From Eubacteriales bacterium (GTDB lineage: Bacteria; Bacillota; Clostridia; Oscillospirales; CAG-272): 55,230 nucleotides of DNA. This document shows, piece by piece, positions 26,595 through 34,050 of this stretch. Position 1 is the stretch's first letter; each line of letters starts with the position of its first letter. The notes beneath the pieces were generated by a model, which was not told where the DNA came from, searched no databases, and saw only the letters and a program-made list of their open reading frames with translations. The stretch spans positions 1-55,230 of the forward strand of contig JAZNXR010000107.1 in NCBI GenBank assembly GCA_045593985.1. The letters run 5' to 3'. A program made the translations under genes and the position numbers.

Positions 26595-27724
26595 ACGCCG
26601 CCTGCGATATGCTTCGGCTTTGCGCTTTGGCACTGACGGGGCGCGGCGGTGAAAAGGTTGACACAAGCACGCTTGCTCTTGCCGGCGTTTACCAAATCAG
26701 CGCCTATAATGGGCTTCTTGCCCTCGTTTGCGAGGGGCTTGATAGGCTTGGCGTTGAGAAAACAGAGGAAAACGCCCCTGTTTTAGAGGCGTTTGCTCAG
26801 GCTCGTGCTATGGCTATTCGCAAAAATATTTTGTTCGACACCGAGCGTATATCGATCATTTCCTTCCTTGAGGGAAACGGGATCTGGTATATGCCGCTTA
26901 AGGGTGCGGTCCTGAAGGATATGTATCCCAAGCTCGGACTTCGTCAAATGTCGGACAACGATATTTTGTTCGATGGCGAATACCGTGAGACGGTACACGA
27001 TTATTTCGTTTCACAGGGCTACACTGTTGATGAATATATGGAAGGCTTTCACGATGTTTATCAAAAGCAGCCCATATACAGCTATGAGATGCATATTGCC
27101 CTTTACGACAAAAAACGCCAAATCTTTTCAAAATATTACAAAAACGTCAAGGAGCGTCTTATAAAGGACGAGGATAACAGCTACGGCTACCACTTTACCG
27201 ATGAGGATTTTTATATCTTTCTTGTCCTGCACGCTCATAAGCATTTTGTCTATCACGAAAGCATGGGCGCAAGACATCTTGCCGATCTGTACGTTTATCT
27301 TTCGCAGAAAAAGCTCGATTTTGATTATATTGAAAGTGAGCTTAAAACGGTTGGCGCTTATAAATTCGAGGTTAGCTGCCGAGAGCTTGTTCATGAGGTT
27401 TTTGATAATATAGAGGACTTTGATTTTGACAAGCTTGAGCCGAAGAAAAGGAAGCTGCTTTACGACTTTTTGCTCAATGCATATCATTCGACGGGCAAAG
27501 GAAAGCTCGAAATGGGCATTAAGAAAAAGGGCAAATTCGGGTACATTATGAGCAGGATCTTCCCGGGCGTTGAGTTTATGCTGCACTATAAGCCGATCTT
27601 TGCCAAATGGTATCTTCTTCCGTTCGGGTGGATATACCGAGCATTTGACATTCTTTTTCACCGTCTCGGCAACGTGTCGAAGGAGATTAAAGAGGTTGCT
27701 AACTCTAAAAATAAAAAGAAATAA
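26570..27724 (+). CDS. Uncharacterised nucleotidyltransferase-family protein (PF14907-like)
   Basis: 384 aa. The assignment rests on overall resemblance to the family seen beside PqqD/HprK-like genes. 25-nt overlap with the peptidase gene. Needs HMM confirmation. Confidence 0.5.
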   Translation: MDAETKKINAACDMLRLCALALTGRGGEKVDTSTLALAGVYQISAYNGLLALVCEGLDRLGVEKTEENAPVLEAFAQARAMAIRKNILFDTERISIISFLEGNGIWYMPLKGAVLKDMYPKLGLRQMSDNDILFDGEYRETVHDYFVSQGYTVDEYMEGFHDVYQKQPIYSYEMHIALYDKKRQIFSKYYKNVKERLIKDEDNSYGYHFTDEDFYIFLVLHAHKHFVYHESMGARHLADLYVYLSQKKLDFDYIESELKTVGAYKFEVSCRELVHEVFDNIEDFDFDKLEPKKRKLLYDFLLNAYHSTGKGKLEMGIKKKGKFGYIMSRIFPGVEFMLHYKPIFAKWYLLPFGWIYRAFDILFHRLGNVSKEIKEVANSKNKKK

Positions 27725-27758
27725 AAAGAAGGAAAACCTTGGTTTTCCTTCTTTTTTT
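27724..27758. terminator. Bidirectional rho-independent terminator
   Basis: GAAGGAAAACC-tt-GGTTTTCCTTC stem flanked by an A-run and a T-run. Confidence 0.85.
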
Positions 27759-28695
27759 AATAGTGACCGCCTTCGGTCACCTCGTTTAAGAAATATTTAA
27801 GCTCGCGCCGGCAGGTTTCCTCGTCAATGACGTAGCTCATTCCGTGGAGAGCGTCCTTGATGCTGACAAGTCTGCTGTTTTCGGGGCGGGCGTTATAGGC
27901 TCGGACGCTCATTTCGTGAGGCACGAAATCGTCTGCCAGGCCGTGAACGTAGAGAATCGGCAGCTTGCTCTTTTTGACGGCGTTTTCGGTTGATTCATCC
28001 TTCAAGCCGAAGCCGCAGATAAGCTTTACTGTCGGGAGCATAAGATAAAGGAGCGGGAATTTCGGAATGTGCATATCTGCCTTTGCAACGTGAGTTACGA
28101 TATCCCAGGGAGATGTGAAGCCGCAGTCGGCAATAACTCCCTTGACGTTGTTCGGCAGATCAAGACCTGATGCCATCAAGACCGTTGTTGCGCCCATCGA
28201 GATGCCGTCGAGGATTATTTTTATATCGCTTCCGTAGGTTTCGATAAGATAATTACACCACGAAAGGGCATCGTAGCGCTCTTTGATTCCGAAGGTGATC
28301 CATTTTCCCTCGCTCTCGCCGTGGGCTCTCTGATCGACGCCAAGCACGTTATAGCCCAAGCTCATAAAGAAGGGCATAGCGCACATAAAGTCCTCACTTG
28401 TTGAGCGATAGCCGTGCATAGAGATTATGAATTTTTTGCTTTCTCCCTCTGCCCGATACAGCTTGCCTACGAGCTTCAGACCGTCGTACGAGACGATATT
28501 ATGCCTTTCAAAGGGCATTTTCTCAACTGTTTTTCTGCCATCCTCAATGCGCTCAAGGCAGTCGGGGCTATCCTTCATTACCTCGGTTATTTCATAAACC
28601 TTGCCGCCGCGCGAAAAGGTCTTTTTTGCAAAATAACTTGTGACCGATGCCGCAATTATCAGTATTGCGGCGATTATTATAATTATGATAACCAT
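27757..28695 (-). CDS. Membrane-anchored alpha/beta hydrolase
   Basis: N-terminal TM segment. Nucleophile elbow GISMGA. HGYRS and HG...D motifs typical of the S9/BAAT-like fold. Confidence 0.8.
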   Translation of the reverse strand: MVIIIIIIAAILIIAASVTSYFAKKTFSRGGKVYEITEVMKDSPDCLERIEDGRKTVEKMPFERHNIVSYDGLKLVGKLYRAEGESKKFIISMHGYRSTSEDFMCAMPFFMSLGYNVLGVDQRAHGESEGKWITFGIKERYDALSWCNYLIETYGSDIKIILDGISMGATTVLMASGLDLPNNVKGVIADCGFTSPWDIVTHVAKADMHIPKFPLLYLMLPTVKLICGFGLKDESTENAVKKSKLPILYVHGLADDFVPHEMSVRAYNARPENSRLVSIKDALHGMSYVIDEETCRRELKYFLNEVTEGGHY

Positions 28696-28766
28696 ATTTT
28701 CCTCGCTTATATTGATGTTTCAATTTTAGCACATTGCTTTGACTTTTGCAAGAACTTAACTTGCTA

Positions 28767-28795
28767 TTTACTAAACTTCAATAGTATGGTATAAT
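28767..28795 (+). promoter_or_regulatory. Promoter of the MoxR operon (extended -10)
   Basis: TTTACT (28767-28772), 17-nt spacer, TATAAT (28790-28795) with extended -10 TG (TGgTATAAT, 28787-28795). Confidence 0.45.
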
Positions 28796-28827
28796 ATGGT
28801 TGAAAACAATTGTGCTTGAGGTATGAT

Positions 28828-29802
28828 ATGGATAACGCTACATATACCGAATTTGAATATGCGTATACGACCTGCAACTCGATAATTGACGAGGTGAAAA
28901 AGGTCGTTTCGGGTAAGGACCGTGAATGCAAGCTGCTTCTTTGCGCGCTCGTCGCAGGCGGTCACGTTCTTATCGAGGACGTTCCCGGTGTCGGCAAAAC
29001 AACTCTCGCGTCGGCCATCAGCCGTGCGGCGGGACTTGATTTCCGCCGTGCACAGTTTACGCCCGACGTTATGGCATCGGATATTACGGGATTTAATATG
29101 TATAACAAGAAGACCGAGAGCTTTGAGTTCCGTCACGGCCTTATTGATACCAATATTCTGCTCGCAGACGAGATCAACCGCGCGTCTCCAAAGACTCAGT
29201 CGAGCTTGCTTGAGGCTATGGAGGAGAAAACCGTGACGGTTGACGGTGTGACTTATGAGATCCCATCGCCGTTTATGGTTATTGCTACTCAGAATCCGAG
29301 CGGATACGTCGGAACATTTCCGCTTCCCGAGGCTCAGCTCGACCGTTTTGCTATAAGGATAACGATGGGCTATCCGTCACCCGAGGACGAGCTTGCGATT
29401 ATTATGAGAAGAAAAAGCTCCGATCCTATGTCGCTGATTTCGGCGGTGAGCGACCGTGACGGTATTTTAAGGGTTAAGGCGGCGTGTGAAAGCGTTTTCA
29501 TTTCCGATAAGGTCTCGGAATATATCGTTACGCTCGTCAGTGCGACGAGAAGCCGTCCCGAGCTTGCGCTCGGAGCGAGCCCCCGTGCCTCTCTTGCGCT
29601 TATGAGACTGTCACGCGCTCTTGCGCTTGTGTCGCACAGGGAATACGTTCTGCCTAAGGACGTAGCGGAGCTGTTTACAGACGTGCTTTCCCACAGAGTC
29701 GTGCTTTCGCGCGAGGCGAAGGTCAGCGGAGTGAGTGCGAAAAAGGTGCTTTCCGACATTTTGTCAAGCACGAAGGTGCCGTTTATTGATTCGGGAAAAT
29801 GA
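28828..29802 (+). CDS. MoxR-family AAA+ ATPase
   Basis: Walker A motif DVPGVGKTT. Walker B motif ILLADEINRASPKTQSSLLEAMEE. GAGGT SD lies 6 nt upstream of the ATG at 28828. Confidence 0.92.
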   Translation: MDNATYTEFEYAYTTCNSIIDEVKKVVSGKDRECKLLLCALVAGGHVLIEDVPGVGKTTLASAISRAAGLDFRRAQFTPDVMASDITGFNMYNKKTESFEFRHGLIDTNILLADEINRASPKTQSSLLEAMEEKTVTVDGVTYEIPSPFMVIATQNPSGYVGTFPLPEAQLDRFAIRITMGYPSPEDELAIIMRRKSSDPMSLISAVSDRDGILRVKAACESVFISDKVSEYIVTLVSATRSRPELALGASPRASLALMRLSRALALVSHREYVLPKDVAELFTDVLSHRVVLSREAKVSGVSAKKVLSDILSSTKVPFIDSGK

Positions 29803-31055
29803 AGAAGAAAGGCTTTAAACCCAAGCTGCCGATAGGTCTGTCGTGGGGCTTGGCTGTGTATGCGGCGGTGCTTGCGCTGCTTGTATTGCTGGCACAGATC
29901 TTTGCTGTTCCGTTTACGCACGCGCTTGTTCTGCTTTGTCTTATTATGCCGATACCGAGCATTTTGCTTTTGCTTATTGCGATGAATTTCGTCAGCGTGG
30001 GCGCAAGTGTCGGGGCTGCTACGGCGGTGAGAGGCGAAAGGGTGAGCGTTTGCGTTAATATTAAAAATCGCTCGGTCTTTCCGATATCTACCGTTGAGGT
30101 GATCTGCGCCGTACCCGATCAAAGCGGCGTGCGCGGTGTTTCGAGGCTGAAAAAGAGAATATCGCTGACACCGTTTGGAAGCGTTACCGTGTCTGCTACG
30201 CCGATAGTGCATCGGCGCGGTAGGTATGAGGTTGGCGTGAAAGAGATTCGGCTTTATGACCTTCTGCATCTTATAAAGATAAGAAAAAGGATCAAGGGCT
30301 CTTATACTCTTGCGGTGCTTCCGAAGCTTCTCGCGCGCGAGAGCAGTATTTCCTATGACGGAACCATTGACGAGGATCCGTCGGTTGCAGTCGACGTTTT
30401 TTCGTCGTACGATTACGGCGATGTTCGTGAATACCGTGTCGGAGACTCGATGAAAAGAATACACTGGAAGCTTTCGTCGAAAAGCGACGAGTTTCAGGTC
30501 AAAAAGAGCGTTGCACAAAGCGAGAGCTATATCTGTATCGTCTGCGACAGAGGTATTGACAAGTCGGCTTACCGCCTTTCGGAGGTTGATCTGAACGAGC
30601 TTGACGATAGAAACGTCGAGGAGGCGATGCTTGCCGTGAGCGAGATCTGTCGCCACGACGGAAACGGCTGTATTTCGGTACAGGCGGACGACGGAGGCGC
30701 ACTTCTTCTCAACTTCGGCGGCGTTACTGACGAGAGTGAGATGAGGTATTTGCTCAGCGCTCTTGAAAAGGGTGACGGCGCTGATATCGTGTCGCTTATT
30801 CCGGAGAATGCGACGAGTGTATATTATATTGTTTCTTATTTTTCACGCGAGCAAGCGAAGGGCGTTTTTGATGCATACAGAAGCTGTGCTTCGCAGGCGT
30901 TTAACGTGTGTATCCGCGACGTTGGCGCATTTATTCCCGAGGAAAAAAGGGAAGAGTATCGCGTTTCGCTTGATGCGTTCAGGACGCTGCTTGTCGAAAA
31001 CGGAATTTCATTCTTTACCGTAACGGAGGGAGGGGCAAGGAATGAAGAAGAATAA
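29799..31055 (+). CDS. DUF58-domain protein with an N-terminal membrane anchor
   Basis: DUF58 signature VREYRVGDSMKRIHWKLSSKSDEFQVKK. Two N-terminal TM segments. ATGA overlap with moxR. Confidence 0.85.
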   Translation: MKKKGFKPKLPIGLSWGLAVYAAVLALLVLLAQIFAVPFTHALVLLCLIMPIPSILLLLIAMNFVSVGASVGAATAVRGERVSVCVNIKNRSVFPISTVEVICAVPDQSGVRGVSRLKKRISLTPFGSVTVSATPIVHRRGRYEVGVKEIRLYDLLHLIKIRKRIKGSYTLAVLPKLLARESSISYDGTIDEDPSVAVDVFSSYDYGDVREYRVGDSMKRIHWKLSSKSDEFQVKKSVAQSESYICIVCDRGIDKSAYRLSEVDLNELDDRNVEEAMLAVSEICRHDGNGCISVQADDGGALLLNFGGVTDESEMRYLLSALEKGDGADIVSLIPENATSVYYIVSYFSREQAKGVFDAYRSCASQAFNVCIRDVGAFIPEEKREEYRVSLDAFRTLLVENGISFFTVTEGGARNEEE

Positions 31056-33645
31056 AGCTCCCAAGACCTCCCTTGAAATAAATGCGACATACGGGCAGAG
31101 CGCATACGGCACCGACAAGGTGCTTCACGCTGTGCTCAGGTATCTCATACTCCTGACCGCCGTCATCGGAATGGGCGCTTCGTGCAGCGAGATCCTTGGG
31201 ATGAAGCCCGAAGCTATGACGCTCATTCTTTCATCGGCGTATACCTTCACCGTATTTTATCTCCTTTTCAGGTCGCTTAAAGGATTGATTGCGGGAATAG
31301 CTTTTGGCGCAGTCGGTATGTTTACTGCGCTTATGGTTCTGCATCTTTCGTTAAAGCAGCTTTTTGTCGGCGGCTTTAACGGGATATTCAATTTGATACT
31401 TGATATAATCAGCAAACGCGGCTACAAGACCGTGCCTTACCTCGACACCGGCATTGTAACTGACTTCGGAATACTCGTTATTATCACTGCGCTTGCGGCA
31501 TTGACAGTCGGGATATCGTGCAGAAAGAGAACGAGGGTTATTCCTTACGCCGTTGTCGTGGCCATCCCGGCGATGATATTTATGCTGACAGGGGGAGAAG
31601 TCCAGCTTCGGTATTTTGCGCTCCCTGTTGCCGCCGCGTGCGCTATGGCGACAATGGAGCTTGCCGAGAGAGGCGTGAAGGGGGCATTCCGTTCTTCCTT
31701 TGTCGGATTCACCTCATTTGTTCTTGCGTCAATGCTTATGCTCACGCCGATGGTAAATACCGATCGGTCGATGAAGCAGATCGGGGCAGGCGAGATCATC
31801 AAGGACCTGATTCCCGATTATAACGTAAGCGAAGTACAACGAAGTGCTGTATTAAGACGACATACCTTTACGGGCAAGCATATTATGACGGTGCATAGCA
31901 ATGTCGCATCTCCGGTATATCTGCGAAACTGGGCAGGCGGCTTTTACGGAAACCAAAGCTGGTATTCGGTCGATTACGATTACGGATATCCCTTCGGCGA
32001 ATTTGCACGTTCTAAAGATTACTTTGAGCTTACGAAGAAGTTTATCGAGTTGGCGGAGCTGCTAGGATATGGCAAGGATCAGATTGGTATCGGGCTGACT
32101 GATATCAGCATAGTCCTTGACGTAAAACAAAAGAATCTTCCGCTTCCGAGCATGTCGGGACGGATCGGCGCGATATACGATGGCGACAAGACTTTTTATC
32201 CGTCGTATATATACGACGGAGTTTCGATGCTTGAGTCTGCGTGGAAGGGTGAGATACTGACGAGCGCGGCGGTTATCGACGATTACGATAACGAGCTCCT
32301 TTCCGATGTAATATACGGATTTTATGAGTATCTGTTCTACGGCACATATGGTATGACCCCAACGTCTGCCATAGGCAAGTACTTCGCTGGAACCTTAAAC
32401 AAATACGGAAACGGTAAGTACTTTCTGCTTGGGAGCAATCTTGCGAGTTTCGCAAATAGTGCGTACGGAGCTGACGTTAAAGATGCAGCAATAAACCGTG
32501 CTGTTGAGGAGATATTCGAAAACACCGATATTGAACAATATTTTCACGGAGTACTTTTGAGCCAAATAGATGCCGTCCATTTATATCGCGGCGTCGTTCA
32601 CAACGGATGTTACTATGTGTTGGATAATGAGGGAAAAGCGCACGCACTTGAAGTTGCAAAAATAGTTGCCGATTATCTTGCAGATGGGCGCAAGTACAGC
32701 ACCAATCCGAAATCAACGGGATTGAGTGTGACCGAGGAACTTCTTTTCGGTTCGAAAGAGGGCTACTGCGTGCAGTTTGCTACCGTCGGAACACTCATTA
32801 TGCGCCGCCTTGGTTTTTCTGCCAGATACGCAGAGGGATATATTGCGCAGGATTTCGAGGGCTCGAAGAGCAGTTATGCTTATGAGAGCAAGATAACCGA
32901 TCGCGAAGGTCACGCATGGTGCGAGGTCTGGATAGAAGGCTTCGGCTGGTTAACCTGTGAGATGACTCCGGGCTTTGGCGAATTAAACGTCGGCGGAACG
33001 ACTCCGCCGCCCGTTACAACGCCGCCCGAAACGAGCGATACGCCAATTACCACAACTCCCCCCGTGACGGGAACTACACCGTCCGAGACGACTGACAAGC
33101 CTATCGTGACTACACCGTCCGAGACCGAGAAGCCGATAATCGATACGACCGAGCCGAAATACGGCGACGGGGATAAGACGAATGATCTCGATCCTGTGCC
33201 GTTTGTAATCCTGGGCGTTGCGTTGATATTGCTCATCGCTTTTATATCGAGCGTAATTTCGACTGTAAATAAGAAGAAAAAGCGTCTCGACGCTTTGATA
33301 AGCCGCGCGCTTGCGGGAAATAACAACAGTGATGAGCGGCGTATTCTTGCGGAAGCGCTGAAGTCCGCACTTTCGGGTGCGCTTGGAGCTTACGGCGCAT
33401 TGCCGAAAGCAGGCGAGCTGCCTGAGGGCTATGCAAGCCGTCTTGAAGAAACGCTTCGTCTTGACGGGCTTGAGATTCCGATCTCGCTCTGCGTTTCCGC
33501 ACTTGTGAAGCAGGTCTACGGCTTCGGCATGGATGAAAATGACGTGAAGGTGTCGGCCTTTACCCTCCGTGCGCTTCGTGTCAATGCAAGGAAAAAGGTC
33601 GGCTTATTCAAGCTGATTATTTACAGGATCAAAGGAGTGCTTTAA
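31042..33645 (+). CDS. Polytopic transglutaminase-domain membrane protein
   Basis: Multi-TM N-terminus. TGase core EGYCVQFATVGTLIMRRLGFSARYAEGY...GHAWCEVW. T/P-rich linker, one more TM segment, and a C-terminal cytoplasmic tail. Confidence 0.85.
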   Translation: MKKNKAPKTSLEINATYGQSAYGTDKVLHAVLRYLILLTAVIGMGASCSEILGMKPEAMTLILSSAYTFTVFYLLFRSLKGLIAGIAFGAVGMFTALMVLHLSLKQLFVGGFNGIFNLILDIISKRGYKTVPYLDTGIVTDFGILVIITALAALTVGISCRKRTRVIPYAVVVAIPAMIFMLTGGEVQLRYFALPVAAACAMATMELAERGVKGAFRSSFVGFTSFVLASMLMLTPMVNTDRSMKQIGAGEIIKDLIPDYNVSEVQRSAVLRRHTFTGKHIMTVHSNVASPVYLRNWAGGFYGNQSWYSVDYDYGYPFGEFARSKDYFELTKKFIELAELLGYGKDQIGIGLTDISIVLDVKQKNLPLPSMSGRIGAIYDGDKTFYPSYIYDGVSMLESAWKGEILTSAAVIDDYDNELLSDVIYGFYEYLFYGTYGMTPTSAIGKYFAGTLNKYGNGKYFLLGSNLASFANSAYGADVKDAAINRAVEEIFENTDIEQYFHGVLLSQIDAVHLYRGVVHNGCYYVLDNEGKAHALEVAKIVADYLADGRKYSTNPKSTGLSVTEELLFGSKEGYCVQFATVGTLIMRRLGFSARYAEGYIAQDFEGSKSSYAYESKITDREGHAWCEVWIEGFGWLTCEMTPGFGELNVGGTTPPPVTTPPETSDTPITTTPPVTGTTPSETTDKPIVTTPSETEKPIIDTTEPKYGDGDKTNDLDPVPFVILGVALILLIAFISSVISTVNKKKKRLDALISRALAGNNNSDERRILAEALKSALSGALGAYGALPKAGELPEGYASRLEETLRLDGLEIPISLCVSALVKQVYGFGMDENDVKVSAFTLRALRVNARKKVGLFKLIIYRIKGVL

Positions 33646-33648
33646 AAT

Positions 33649-34050
33649 ATGTTTTTTGAAATAAAGGACGAAATGCTGCTCGGGGGAACGTCGCTTGCTT
33701 ATCTCGGCGATGCGGTTTTTGAGCTTATAACGAGGCAGTATCTCCTTTCGACGGGGGTTACTGACGTTGGTAAGCTGAACAAAATGGCGCTGTCATACGT
33801 CAAGGCGACCGCACAAAGCGATGCTGTTGAAAGGCTGCTTCCGCATTTGACGGAGGAGGAGGTTCAGATATACAAGCGAGGCAGAAATGCAAACGGAATT
33901 TCCATTCCGAAAAGCGCATCTGCTTCCCAGTATCGCCGTGCGACGGGGCTTGAAGCGCTCTTCGCTCACCTCTACGCGCAGGGTAAAAAGGAACGTCTCC
34001 GCGAGCTGTTTGTGATCGGATTTGTAAAAGGAGCCGAAAACGATGTATAA
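33649..34050 (+). CDS. mrnC: Mini-ribonuclease III
   Basis: 133 aa with the signature LAYLGDAVFELITRQYL and a C-terminal EALFAHLY region. Confidence 0.8.
   Translation: MFFEIKDEMLLGGTSLAYLGDAVFELITRQYLLSTGVTDVGKLNKMALSYVKATAQSDAVERLLPHLTEEEVQIYKRGRNANGISIPKSASASQYRRATGLEALFAHLYAQGKKERLRELFVIGFVKGAENDV

Noticed and set aside
29370-30656. A 428-aa antisense ORF across moxR and DUF58.
   Set aside because: Same codon-aligned antisense artefact (aligned with the DUF58 frame). The sense genes carry clear family signatures.
33000-33140. Repetitive DNA (ACTACACCGTCCGAGAC appears twice) inside the transglutaminase gene.
   Set aside because: It encodes the in-frame Thr/Pro-rich linker (TTPSET repeats) of the protein. 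It is a low-complexity coding region, not an independent repeat element.
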